From: a virus
Reading direction: 5' to 3' (one strand)
DNA: 64,000 nucleotides
IMG/VR virus record: IMGVR_UViG_3300011980_000002
Coordinates: 64,001-128,000 of that record
In this document: piece after piece, positions 1-9,795 of the stretch
How positions within the stretch are numbered: position 1 is the first letter of the stretch
Layout: every line of letters starts with the position of its first letter
Made by a program: the position numbers and the translations under genes
Notes under the pieces: generated by a model
Seen by the model: the letters and a program-made list of their open reading frames with translations, nothing else
Database searches by the model: none
Told to the model about the DNA's origin: nothing

Positions 1-873
1 TATAAAGTATATCCACCATTATATTTAATAGATGATAAGACTCATCCTTATATAAGGAATAAAGAAGAATATATAGAAGTATATAGAGATAATATCATTA
101 GGAATTATACCATAACTTCTATAGGTAATAATAACTCTAAATTATCTAAATCTGATTTTAAAGAGTTTATAGATATTACTAAATATTATACTGAGACATT
201 AACAAGAGTAGCATCTCATTACTCTGTTAATAGATATTTAATAGAATTAGTTGGATATCATATAACGATGTATATATTAGCTAAATATCTTAAGAATAAT
301 AAGAATTTAGATATTAATGAGGTATTAGAGTATTATGAGGATTTATCCCAAGAAGTTTATAAATCTCATATTAATACTGCTTTAAATGACCAGAAGTTTG
401 TAAGTTCCTTCATGAAAGATATACAAGATGAATTCCCTGAGATAACTCTAAATGAGAAATACTTGACTGGGGTTATTGATGGTAAATATCAGGTAATAAA
501 GATTAGTTATAACCTAATGAAGAAACTATCAGACTTAACAGAAACTTTTATCACATATGGACTTCATATTACTTATAGTGAAAAGAAATCTGATGAGATT
601 AAATCTACCATAGGATATATGCTAGACTCTGCTAGTAAATATATCCCAAAGATAATAACCAGATACAAGGGACTTGGAGAAGCTAACTATGACCAAATAG
701 CAGAAACTATAATGGACCCATCTAAAAGAATTCTGGTTCAATTAACATTTGACGATATTGAAAGAGATTTAAAGATATTTGATACTCTTCATGGTATATC
801 TACAGATGATAAGAAATCAAGAAAGCAGATGATGAAGTCTTATAAGATTAGAAGAGAGGACATTGATAATTAG
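1..873 (+). CDS. Type II DNA topoisomerase, GyrB/ParE/T4-gp39-like subunit, C-terminal part (5' end outside window)
   Basis: Frame 1 is open from nt 1 (YKVYPPLYLIDDK...), so ORF-track entry 268..873 is only the tail. PPLY and RYKGLGEANYDQIAETIMDP are conserved C-terminal GyrB-family motifs. TAG stop at 871-873. Confidence 0.8.
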   Translation, partial: YKVYPPLYLIDDKTHPYIRNKEEYIEVYRDNIIRNYTITSIGNNNSKLSKSDFKEFIDITKYYTETLTRVASHYSVNRYLIELVGYHITMYILAKYLKNNKNLDINEVLEYYEDLSQEVYKSHINTALNDQKFVSSFMKDIQDEFPEITLNEKYLTGVIDGKYQVIKISYNLMKKLSDLTETFITYGLHITYSEKKSDEIKSTIGYMLDSASKYIPKIITRYKGLGEANYDQIAETIMDPSKRILVQLTFDDIERDLKIFDTLHGISTDDKKSRKQMMKSYKIRREDIDN

Positions 874-874
874 T

Positions 875-3295
875 ATGGGAAAGAAAAAGAAATTTACCAC
901 AGAAGATTTTAAAACTTATATAGATAATTATACTAAAGAAAATATCGCAGATGCCTCAAGAAGATTCTCTATAATATCTGGAGTTAATAGAAATGTGGCT
1001 AGGCATATTCCAGTAGTATTCGATGGATTAAAACCTGTTACAAGAAGAATACTCTTAGTAATGTATGAGAGTAAAACTAATAAGTTCCAAAAGGTAAATA
1101 AAGTAGCCGGAGATGCTATGGGTAAGTATCATCCACATGGCGATGCTTCTATATCGGATGTCATTAGTAAGATGGGACAAGATTGGAATAATAATATTAC
1201 CTATATAGAAACTCAAGGTAACTTTGGTAATAGACAAGGTGATGATGCAGCATCTGGTCGTTATACAGAGTGTAAATTATCTAAGTTTGCTTATAAGTGT
1301 TTCTTTGAAGATTATAAGTATGCTTCATTAGATACTAAGATGAGTTATACTGGTAATGACGAGGAACCAGATTATTTACCATCTAAATATCCTATAGGAT
1401 TGGTTAATCCACAATTTTCCAGTATAGGATATGGTACAGCAGCTAATATACCACCATTTAATTTTACTGAAGTTTTAGAGGCTACTATTAAACTTATTAA
1501 AGACCCTGATAGTAGGATTAATCTAATACCCGATTTCCCATCAGGTTGTGATGTTATAGCTAATAGTGATTTAGCTGAAGTAGAAAAAACTGGTATTGGT
1601 AAAGTATTAGTCAAATCTTCTACTGAAATTGATTATAATAAGAATATTATTCATATAACATCATTACCATTACAAATCGGTACTAAAGCTGTAGCTTATA
1701 ATATATCTAATTTAGTATTAGCTAAGAAGATAGAAGGAATAGCTGATATTAAAGATTATACAGACCCAGAAGTTGGAGTACTATTAGATATACATTTAAA
1801 ACCATCTATAAATCCAGATAAGATATTAGAAGAATTAATGAAGAAAGATGTTGGTTTAAAGAAGACATTTTCTATACAGATTAAGTTTATAGATGATTAT
1901 CAAGAGTATGATTATTCTCCAAAAGAATTTCTATTGACATGGTTAGATTTTAGAAGAGAAATACTTCAATCTATGTATAATAATAAATATGTTAAGTTAT
2001 TGGAAGAGCAGCATATGAATAATGTCAAGTTATTTGTATTCAATAAAGATAACCTTAATCAAACTGTCGATATATGTAGAAAAGCTTCTTCTACTAATGA
2101 TGCAATAGAGAAGTTAATGAAGAAGTATAAAGATAGTGAAGTTGGAATGACTTCTATGCAAGCTAAGACTATACAAGGAATGAGATTCTCAGATTTCAAT
2201 AAAGAATCTTATAATGGCTTCTTAAAACTAAAAGAAGAATTAAAAGCCTCTATTAAAGAAACTGAATTAATATTATCTAATACATCTAAGATAGATGAGA
2301 TAATAGAAAAGGAATTATTAGAGGGTATTTCTTTATTTGGTACCAAGAGAAGGTCTAAGATAATTTATAATAAACCTGATAAGAAAGAGATTATAGATAA
2401 GTCTAAGGTATTAGTAGCAGTATCTAAAGATGGTTATATTAAGAAGATTAATGTTAAAGAATATAAGACAATTGGTTCTTTAGGAAACCAATCTTCAAGA
2501 CAGGTTATATTAGCAGAGACCAGAAACGATAAGAATATATTAATATTTGATAGTACTGGTAAATGTACTAAGATACCTGTATTATCTATTCATGAATCTA
2601 CTCCGGAAGAAAATGGAGTAATGATAGAAAGATTCTTTAAAGTATCCGGTAATGTCGTAGCAGTAATGGAAGAAATTACAGATAAGGAATTATCTAAAGA
2701 TTTATTAATAACTTTCTTTACTAAGAAAGGATTTTCTAAAAGAACTTCTTGTAAAGAATTTTACAATATGAAAGATAATAAAACTGCTATTAGTATAACA
2801 GAAGGTGATGAATTAGTAGCAGTAATAAATACTTTAAAAGATTCTTCTAAAGATATCATTATCTATACAGATAAAGGTGATGGTATAAGATTAGATATTA
2901 ATGATATTAAAATCCAAGGAGCATCTACTCGAGGATTAAATATGATTAATTTAACAGATGATGAATATGTAGTAGGGGTAGATAAAATAGAGGCTAATAA
3001 GAAGTTATTAGTATTTATCACATCTATGGGAAGAGTTAAAGTTAGTGAACTTAAATATCTTCCACCTATGAATAGGAAAGATGGTTCCGTATCATTAATT
3101 AATCTTAATAATAATGAATACTTGGTAGGACTTGCATCTGTAAATAATAAAAATACATTAACTGTATTTAGGAAATTTGGAGAGCCTGTAGATATTAAGA
3201 TAGAGGATATTAAACCGTCTATGAGAATAGCTAAAGGTGAGAAATTAGTTAAAACTCCTAGTGGTGATATTGTAGTAGGATTTAGGATTATTTAA
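875..3295 (+). CDS. Type II DNA topoisomerase, GyrA/ParC-like breakage-reunion subunit with long C-terminal domain
   Basis: DGLKPVTRRIL, GKYHPHGD and RYTECKL (catalytic Tyr context) motifs. ATG 875 is preferred over the TTG at 863 used by the ORF track; purine-rich agagagga lies upstream. Confidence 0.85.
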   Translation: MGKKKKFTTEDFKTYIDNYTKENIADASRRFSIISGVNRNVARHIPVVFDGLKPVTRRILLVMYESKTNKFQKVNKVAGDAMGKYHPHGDASISDVISKMGQDWNNNITYIETQGNFGNRQGDDAASGRYTECKLSKFAYKCFFEDYKYASLDTKMSYTGNDEEPDYLPSKYPIGLVNPQFSSIGYGTAANIPPFNFTEVLEATIKLIKDPDSRINLIPDFPSGCDVIANSDLAEVEKTGIGKVLVKSSTEIDYNKNIIHITSLPLQIGTKAVAYNISNLVLAKKIEGIADIKDYTDPEVGVLLDIHLKPSINPDKILEELMKKDVGLKKTFSIQIKFIDDYQEYDYSPKEFLLTWLDFRREILQSMYNNKYVKLLEEQHMNNVKLFVFNKDNLNQTVDICRKASSTNDAIEKLMKKYKDSEVGMTSMQAKTIQGMRFSDFNKESYNGFLKLKEELKASIKETELILSNTSKIDEIIEKELLEGISLFGTKRRSKIIYNKPDKKEIIDKSKVLVAVSKDGYIKKINVKEYKTIGSLGNQSSRQVILAETRNDKNILIFDSTGKCTKIPVLSIHESTPEENGVMIERFFKVSGNVVAVMEEITDKELSKDLLITFFTKKGFSKRTSCKEFYNMKDNKTAISITEGDELVAVINTLKDSSKDIIIYTDKGDGIRLDINDIKIQGASTRGLNMINLTDDEYVVGVDKIEANKKLLVFITSMGRVKVSELKYLPPMNRKDGSVSLINLNNNEYLVGLASVNNKNTLTVFRKFGEPVDIKIEDIKPSMRIAKGEKLVKTPSGDIVVGFRII

Positions 3296-3303
3296 ATATT
3301 AAG

Positions 3304-3347
3304 AATAATACAACCAGACTTAAATATCTGGTTGTATTATTTTTTTA
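3304..3347 (+). terminator. Rho-independent terminator
   Basis: Perfect 15-bp stem aataatacaaccaga/tctggttgtattatt, 8-nt loop, followed by a T-run. Confidence 0.75.
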
Positions 3348-3415
3348 TCCCAGATATTTACCTACCAAAAAACAATCGTTTAATATTAAATATATAGAAA
3401 GGAAACGGAAACTTT

Positions 3416-5359
3416 ATGTATGAAGTAGATGTAGATAGGGTCCTTAATGGTACATTTCATAAGAGACTTTTAAATGCTTATAATAATTTAAAAGAAAATA
3501 TGAATGATGAAACTATTGAGGATTTCTATACTGTATATAAAGATGGTACATTATCAGACATACTAAATCATGCGGATATTATCTTTAAAGAACCCATAAA
3601 AGGTTTACCTTTTATTGAGGATATATTTACTAATTGGTATGTATTTATTCCCCCATATAAAAGAAAAGAAGTTTGTGATAATATCATATCAGCATTTGAG
3701 AAGATAATCGAAAATACTAGGCTTGGAGAAGAACAAAAGAAAAGATACGATGAAGCTTTATATAATATGGCTAAGACATGTACTGATAGAAAACAAACCA
3801 TAGTATTATCAAGGATAGAAACCGATGATAATTTAAGAGGTCTTATATTAGTACTATATGATACTATATATAATGAGCATGATAAGGAATCACATGATTT
3901 TACCTATGTTAATAAATTTTTTACTGATATTATAAATAATGGTAAAGTTAGAGATGCATTACCATATGCATTTGATATACTACCGGTAATTAATATAGGT
4001 CTATTATCAAGAATTGTAGAATATGCATTATCTGATGAAAATATTTGTTATGATAATATAGCTTGGATAAAATTAATATCTTATGATAATATTAATGAGA
4101 AATTATTAAGATGTGGCAATCATTGGTTAGAAAAAAGACTCAATTATATTAAGAATAATTCTATTAAGTCTATATTAAGTAAGTTATCATCTTTAGATGG
4201 TAATAAAGATTTTATTAATTCATTTGATGATGCTAAGTCTGCAATATCATCTTTATTTGATGATGATGAAACCGTAGACGCTTGTAGGGGTTTATTAAAT
4301 CAGAAGAAGTCTGTATCATTAATAAAAACTAAATCTTTATTAGAATCAATCCATGAGTCTGTATATAGAGAATATCTTGATAAATCTTTACATGATGATT
4401 GTACCAATCCTCTAATACATGAATTAATTGGACATAATGACGTTACAATTGAGCATGCTTTTGATTATCTTGAAGATAAGATAGGAGATTTAGGAGAAGA
4501 GTTATTTATACTAAATGAATCTATCATGGATGATATAGATAGTTCTATTATGTATGAATTTACCAATGATGGAACTCCTACTACGGTTATTAGAAATCAT
4601 TATAAGATATTTAGAGAAGAGAAGAAGATTGATAAGAATCCACCATCTGAAGATGATTTAAGGAAATTAGAAGAAGAGAATGATGACTTTGAAGATGATG
4701 ATGAAGTAGATACTTCTAATGTAAAAAAGACTAAAGAGATTGATAATCCTAGGTCTGATGATACTAATAATAAATTAGTAGAAAGAAATCCTAAAGATAC
4801 TCCAGAAAAACCTAAAGAGTCTTTAACCAGAAAGATACAAAATAAAGCTATTGATACAGATGTTAAAATGCAAAAAGGTATGAGTAATGCTCAACAAGGT
4901 ATGAAGGAATTGAAAAATGCTGCTAAAGCAGTAGCAAGAATTCCTGGAAATATTATTGATGGTATTAAAGGTAAATTAGACGAGTGGAATAAACTTGATG
5001 AAGATAAAAGAAAAGAAAAGATGCTTCAACCTGGTTATAGAAATGATATCCATAAGAGAATAATGAAACTTATTAAATATGGAGCAGCATGGAAATTCTT
5101 AGGACCTTTATTAAGTATAAAAGCTTGGTTTATTTCAAAAGTGTATAAAGCTACTATTGGTAAATCATTAGAGAAAAGAGATATTCGTTTAAGAAATGAA
5201 TTAGTTGCAGAATTAGATGCAGAGATAGAAATTACTAATGAGAAAATACAAGATGCTGGAAGTACCGGAGACCAAAAACAGAAGTATCAATTAATGAGGA
5301 TTAAAAAGAAACTTGAAGCTGAGAGAGTCAGAGTACAGACTAATTCTTCATTAATGTGA
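3416..5359 (+). CDS. Hypothetical protein (647 aa), possible head-morphogenesis protein
   Basis: Long ORF with tagaaaggaaac SD-like box upstream. Acidic central tract and K/E-rich helical C-terminus. No catalytic motif recognised. Ends in TGA. The functional guess rests only on its position upstream of the scaffold-like and capsid candidates. Confidence 0.6.
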   Translation: MYEVDVDRVLNGTFHKRLLNAYNNLKENMNDETIEDFYTVYKDGTLSDILNHADIIFKEPIKGLPFIEDIFTNWYVFIPPYKRKEVCDNIISAFEKIIENTRLGEEQKKRYDEALYNMAKTCTDRKQTIVLSRIETDDNLRGLILVLYDTIYNEHDKESHDFTYVNKFFTDIINNGKVRDALPYAFDILPVINIGLLSRIVEYALSDENICYDNIAWIKLISYDNINEKLLRCGNHWLEKRLNYIKNNSIKSILSKLSSLDGNKDFINSFDDAKSAISSLFDDDETVDACRGLLNQKKSVSLIKTKSLLESIHESVYREYLDKSLHDDCTNPLIHELIGHNDVTIEHAFDYLEDKIGDLGEELFILNESIMDDIDSSIMYEFTNDGTPTTVIRNHYKIFREEKKIDKNPPSEDDLRKLEEENDDFEDDDEVDTSNVKKTKEIDNPRSDDTNNKLVERNPKDTPEKPKESLTRKIQNKAIDTDVKMQKGMSNAQQGMKELKNAAKAVARIPGNIIDGIKGKLDEWNKLDEDKRKEKMLQPGYRNDIHKRIMKLIKYGAAWKFLGPLLSIKAWFISKVYKATIGKSLEKRDIRLRNELVAELDAEIEITNEKIQDAGSTGDQKQKYQLMRIKKKLEAERVRVQTNSSLM

Positions 5360-5399
5360 TTACTACAAAATATTTTTTATAAAAGCAGGTGATTATATA

Positions 5400-6350
5400 A
5401 TGAGCAATGAATTAAACCTCTTTGAAAAGTATGTATTGATGGAAGAAGCTCCAAGAAAGAAAAAGAAACCTGATGAAGAAAAAGAGATAGTTCCAGATAA
5501 TCCTGATACAGATACTGGGGATGAAATAGAAGCTGATGAATTTGAAGATGAACCTGAACCAAAACCTGAAGAGTCTGGTTTAAAAGTACCTAAAAGAAGA
5601 AGAAGTATTAAAACAGATGATTTTGATGCAGATGATGATATAGAAGAAGTTCCAGATGATTTAGATATGGATGGAATGGATGATATTGAAACAGACGACG
5701 ATGAGATATCTGATGAGGATATGGATTTAGTTCCGGATGAACCTGACTTAGATACTGGTGATAATGTAGAACCAGATAATGATGGTGAAGGTGGAGATGA
5801 TACAAATGAAGCTTTAAATGATTTAGCAAATGGTGGAGATGGAACCCCAGAAGATGGTAATGATGGAGCTAATCTTGATATGGATGATGGAGAAGGTGGA
5901 GATGATAGTGGAGATATAGAACCTAATTTAGATGATGATGGAGACGACACAGGTGATGATAGTGGTGGAACTGATGATACAACATCTGATGATGGTGGAG
6001 AAGAAGGTAGTGTTAAAAATAACGCAGATAATCAATTGAAATATTCTTTATATATTAATATGACTAAATTGTCTGAAGCAATAAGAAACTATCAAGATAA
6101 ACTATACTCCAAGAATGAATTCTCTACAATTAGTGGAGATACGATTAAAGTTATATCTGAAAAACTAAAAGATATAGATAGTGCTTTAACTGAGTATATG
6201 ATTTATAAGTTTACTGATAATTCATATACTGAATCTTTAGTTTTTTATAATCGTACAGTTACTTCCATAGGACTATTATTTGAAGTATTAAATAATAAAG
6301 AAATTCCTGATGATATTAAGAAACTTACCAAATCAAAGAAAAAACAATAA
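5400..6350 (+). CDS. Extremely acidic D/E/G-rich protein, scaffold-like by position
   Basis: About 200 residues of D/E/G/P low complexity, then a non-repetitive helical C-terminus. Lies directly upstream of the capsid candidate, as T4 gp22 precedes gp23. Confidence 0.55.
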   Translation: MSNELNLFEKYVLMEEAPRKKKKPDEEKEIVPDNPDTDTGDEIEADEFEDEPEPKPEESGLKVPKRRRSIKTDDFDADDDIEEVPDDLDMDGMDDIETDDDEISDEDMDLVPDEPDLDTGDNVEPDNDGEGGDDTNEALNDLANGGDGTPEDGNDGANLDMDDGEGGDDSGDIEPNLDDDGDDTGDDSGGTDDTTSDDGGEEGSVKNNADNQLKYSLYINMTKLSEAIRNYQDKLYSKNEFSTISGDTIKVISEKLKDIDSALTEYMIYKFTDNSYTESLVFYNRTVTSIGLLFEVLNNKEIPDDIKKLTKSKKKQ

Positions 6351-6483
6351 TTTAAATTTTGTATAAAAAGTTGTTATATTTGTTGAATTTTCTATGACTT
6401 TAGACTAGAAAATTACTTCCAATTTAATAACAAGTATATAAAGATTAACAAAAAATAAATAAAATAAGGAGATATGTAAACTG

Positions 6484-8235
6484 ATGAAAAATATATTGCC
6501 TTTCATGACAGAGTCTGGAAGTACATTTTCTCAGACATCTACCATTGGGTCTTTTTCTAATGGTAGACATATGAATTCATTCGATGATAACTATACAAGA
6601 GTTTATAATCAGTTTAATAATCAAGGACTTAAGATAAATACAGATATTCGTGCTATACTCGAAGATCAGGCTATTTATGAGAGTTTCCGTGATGAACTTA
6701 TAAGTGATATACTTAATGATTGTGATCATTATAGTTATGCTGAGCATGGTAACCTTGCAGCATTAGCTGAGCAGGTTTCTACCATGATGGATAACAGAAG
6801 AGATATGCTTCTTTCAGAGTCTGTTACAACCGGTACTTTGCTTCCAATAAAGATGATTGACTTCCCACTTATCGTTAAGGAACATCTTAAGAATGTTATT
6901 AAGGATATTATGCAGTGTGAAGTTACCAAGTCACCTGTTATTAAGAAGCATATTCAACATACATGGATAGTTGATAAGAAGACAAAGAAGAGATATGAGT
7001 ATCCACAGTGCTTCTATAGAAAAGGACAAGCTGCTGAGTTATTTGATGCAGGTAAGGGATATAAGCTCAATGATACTCCTTGTACTCTTCCAGCATTTAA
7101 TTATAAGATAATTGATAACCATGTTACTGGTATATCACTTCCGGAAAGAGAGAAGCTCTCTATAAATACAAAGATAGTTTATGGTGTACTTGCAGATAAT
7201 ACTAAGGTACCTCTTGACATGAGAATCAATCTTGCAGATGGTTCTTGGTTAGGTGGACTTATAGATACAAAGGTAGAGTCAACAGCTACACCTGGTACAT
7301 TCCATGATGTTAAGGATTGTATTACCGGTTATGTAGATTTCACTAATAATACTACATCCATATCATCTGCTAATGGAACTATTAAGAAGGTTATATTTGA
7401 AGGATATCTTTCAAATGAACTTAATGAAAGAGCTGTAACATTCGATTACTCAAGAGAGGAAAGAGAATGGAAGATTGAAGATGGACATAGAGTTGATGTT
7501 CCATATTCAATAGAGGAGCTTGAAGATGCTAAGGCACTTCTTGACCTTGATTTGTACAAACTTAGCTATAGTAATCTTTCTGATTACTTAGTAAATATGG
7601 AAGACGCTGATGGTCTCGCCTATCTTGATGAAGCATTTAAGAAGTTTGAAGGTCTTACTCTTGACCCACTTGATTTTAATGGTTTCGTTAAGAAGCAGAC
7701 ATTTGATTGTGATTCTACTCATGCTACTGTAGCTCTTCCATGTGAATATATCGAGAAGCAACTTAAGTTCTTGATAGATAGATTTGTTATTGATATAGCT
7801 GATACTGCTAAGCTTGATGATGTTACATTTGTTATTTATGGTAACCCAAGATATGTTTCACTTCTCGGTGGAGCTGTTAACTGGGTTGTTAATAGTGGTG
7901 ATACAATTGGTGGTGTTAAGCTTACAAATAGTTATGGTATAATGAACTCTGGTGGAGTTAAGATACAAGTTATATCTTCTGATAAGATACTTGTTCCGGA
8001 TAATAAGGGTCTTAAGATTATACCATATCCAACATCTGATAAGACAATGACATTTAAACACTATAAGTATACATCTCATATACTTACTGCTGCTAATTCT
8101 GCTTATAAGGATGCTGATAGACCAGGTGGAAGCTATACAAATATCGTTGGTGTTTCAAGATACACCAATGCAGGTATACAGCAAATACAGGGTCATATTA
8201 CATTTACAAATGATACATCATATATTAAGATATAA
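6484..8235 (+). CDS. Putative major capsid protein (gp23/HK97-fold-like)
   Basis: Distinct high-expression codon usage (ctt, ggt, aag). The segment VDVPYSIEELEDAKALLDLDLYKLSYSNLSDYL resembles the T4 gp23 region KAAYSIELAQDLRAVHGMDADAELSGIL (recalled from memory). FVIYGNPRYVSLLGG resembles FIIASRNVVNVLAS. Follows the scaffold-like gene. Confidence 0.55.
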   Translation: MKNILPFMTESGSTFSQTSTIGSFSNGRHMNSFDDNYTRVYNQFNNQGLKINTDIRAILEDQAIYESFRDELISDILNDCDHYSYAEHGNLAALAEQVSTMMDNRRDMLLSESVTTGTLLPIKMIDFPLIVKEHLKNVIKDIMQCEVTKSPVIKKHIQHTWIVDKKTKKRYEYPQCFYRKGQAAELFDAGKGYKLNDTPCTLPAFNYKIIDNHVTGISLPEREKLSINTKIVYGVLADNTKVPLDMRINLADGSWLGGLIDTKVESTATPGTFHDVKDCITGYVDFTNNTTSISSANGTIKKVIFEGYLSNELNERAVTFDYSREEREWKIEDGHRVDVPYSIEELEDAKALLDLDLYKLSYSNLSDYLVNMEDADGLAYLDEAFKKFEGLTLDPLDFNGFVKKQTFDCDSTHATVALPCEYIEKQLKFLIDRFVIDIADTAKLDDVTFVIYGNPRYVSLLGGAVNWVVNSGDTIGGVKLTNSYGIMNSGGVKIQVISSDKILVPDNKGLKIIPYPTSDKTMTFKHYKYTSHILTAANSAYKDADRPGGSYTNIVGVSRYTNAGIQQIQGHITFTNDTSYIKI

Positions 8236-8266
8236 TTCTTAAATATATAAGTATAAATAAATTATT

Positions 8267-8306
8267 ATAGAAGAATTAGAAGAAATTCTAATTCTTCTAT
8301 TTTTTA
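8267..8306 (+). terminator. Rho-independent terminator
   Basis: 14-bp stem atagaagaattaga/tctaattcttctat plus a T-run. Confidence 0.75.
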
Positions 8307-8356
8307 TTTAAATATAAACTTTTAATAATTTAAATTATGAAAGGAAAAAACATAAT

Positions 8357-9703
8357 ATGTTTGAAATAGACAATCTCTATTATGATGATATACAGAGAGA
8401 ATATTCTATGCTTGAACAAGCTTTAGATATTACTGTTAAAAAAGCAGATATAGCGTATGAATACGTATCTAATATGTCAAATGTTTCCATTATGGAAGCT
8501 GATTTGAACATAATGGGTGAATCTGGAGATTATAATGATTTAGCACACCTATATGAAGATGCAACAGCACAGGCTGGTGAGAAGAAAAAAGGAATAATTG
8601 TAACCATTATCGAGGGTATTGGTAAATTTATTTCAGGTCTTCTTGAAAAACTCACAGGTAAGGTTAGTGATAAAAAACTCGAAGAGTTAGCAAATGACCC
8701 AGATGCACCTAAGCAAATAAAAGTTAAAAAAGACCCTAATAAGTTTTTAAAAATGGGTGCAGATATGCTTAATGGTATAATGGATAAAATTAAGCCTGGA
8801 TTTACTTCTAAAGACGAAGATGGTAATAAGAAGTTCGATTTTGTTAGAACTCTTATAACTGGAACAGAAGCACTTGCAGTTGCAGGTGGTGCGTATTTGG
8901 GAGTTAAAAATGCACCAAATATTAAAAAAGGTTTTACCAGCTTGATTGATAAGGGTAAGGATATAATAAACAATCTTAAAGGTAGATTGAAAAGTGCTAA
9001 AGATGAAACTGAAATAGAAGTCATCAATGCGGCAACACATGCTACTCAAAATGCTATAAAGTGTATAGGTCAGAATATGACTGATATTTTCATAGCACCT
9101 TTTATGGGTAATGTGATTGATGCTGAATTCAAAGAGGTTAATACCGAGGAAGATCAGAAGAGTGGTAAAGATAAAAAGGGTGCTGATAAAGGTGATGGTA
9201 AACAATTGCCAGCCGAACAAGAATACAAAACATATAATGGTGGTAGACAAGGTGAACTTCCCCATAAGAAACAAAAAGGACTTCCTGGACCTGGACAAAC
9301 AGCAAGAGATAAAGCTAGACCTAATGAGATGGTTGGTGGAATTGTATACGCCGATGGAGCTAAGCGTAAAAAACCTGATGCACTTCCCGGACCTGGACAA
9401 ACAGCAAGAGATAAAGCTAGACCTAATGAGATGGTTGGTGGAATTGTATACGGTGATGGACCCACTAATTCAAGTAAATATCGTGAAGGTAAGAGGAAGT
9501 TAGCAAACAGAAATAATCGAAGAAAACATCGTAAAGGTGAAATGAATATGGATGAGTCCGCATTAGATATATTTGACGAGTTCAGTTCATATTTAGATGA
9601 TTATGAATATGAGTCTGTTTACGACGATTATGAAACGGACACTTATTCAGATGATTATGAATATGAGTCTGTTTACGATGATTATGACAACTATCTGAAT
9701 TAA
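8357..9703 (+). CDS. Family-F paralogue 1 (putative internal virion/ejection protein)
   Basis: N-terminal leader SIMEADLNIMGESGD followed by helix KKKGIIVTIIEGIGKFISGLLEKL. The block KPGFTSKDEDGNKKF..LITGTEALAVAGGAYLG is shared with the next gene. Has a 34-aa tandem repeat and a D/E/Y-rich C-terminal tail. Confidence 0.7.
   Translation: MFEIDNLYYDDIQREYSMLEQALDITVKKADIAYEYVSNMSNVSIMEADLNIMGESGDYNDLAHLYEDATAQAGEKKKGIIVTIIEGIGKFISGLLEKLTGKVSDKKLEELANDPDAPKQIKVKKDPNKFLKMGADMLNGIMDKIKPGFTSKDEDGNKKFDFVRTLITGTEALAVAGGAYLGVKNAPNIKKGFTSLIDKGKDIINNLKGRLKSAKDETEIEVINAATHATQNAIKCIGQNMTDIFIAPFMGNVIDAEFKEVNTEEDQKSGKDKKGADKGDGKQLPAEQEYKTYNGGRQGELPHKKQKGLPGPGQTARDKARPNEMVGGIVYADGAKRKKPDALPGPGQTARDKARPNEMVGGIVYGDGPTNSSKYREGKRKLANRNNRRKHRKGEMNMDESALDIFDEFSSYLDDYEYESVYDDYETDTYSDDYEYESVYDDYDNYLN
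9281..9460 (+). repeat. In-frame tandem duplication, period 102 nt (34 aa)
   Basis: cttcc(t/c)ggacctggacaaacagcaagagataaagctagacctaatgagatggttggtggaattgtatac occurs at 9281 and 9383, encoding LPGPGQTARDKARPNEMVGGIVY twice. Confidence 0.9.
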
Positions 9704-9712
9704 ATAATATAT

Positions 9713-9765
9713 TGAATAACGAACCATAATTGCTTCAATTTATCGTAATTATGGTTCGTTATTCA
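9713..9765 (+). terminator. Terminator-like hairpin
   Basis: Perfect 19-bp stem tgaataacgaaccataatt/aattatggttcgttattca. The downstream T-run is weak. Confidence 0.55.
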
Positions 9766-9795
9766 AATTTCAATAATTTTAGAAAGGATATATTC

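Noticed and set aside
3380-3415. The ubiquitous (T)AGAAAGGA(A) box, often 12-18 nt before start codons, considered as a late promoter or initiator element.
   Set aside because: It is complementary to the extreme 3' tail (3'-UCUUUCCUCC) of low-GC Gram-positive 16S rRNA. It occurs before genes of every class, including internal operon genes, so it is best explained as a 5'-shifted extended Shine-Dalgarno.
5377-5950. Long antisense ORFs (5393..5950, 5608..5829, 5377..5562) encoding Ser/Pro/Leu/His-rich peptides.
   Set aside because: They are the reverse complement of the GAT/GAA/GGT-rich acidic gene 5400..6350. They have no SD and purely low-complexity products, so they are a composition artefact.
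6484-8235. Raised G+C of the capsid candidate, and of sheath and tube (36319..39128), as evidence of horizontal transfer.
   Set aside because: The shift is moderate and comes from preferred codons (ctt, ggt, aag, gct) typical of very highly expressed late genes. These are core structural genes, unlike the small 40-50% G+C cassettes.
8530-9503. Overlapping alternative-frame ORFs inside family-F gene 1 (8530..9027-, 8747..9400-, 9117..9503+, 9154..9465-).
   Set aside because: They stay open because of the internal tandem repeat and biased codon usage. They have no start-site signals, and the sense frame carries the conserved family motifs.
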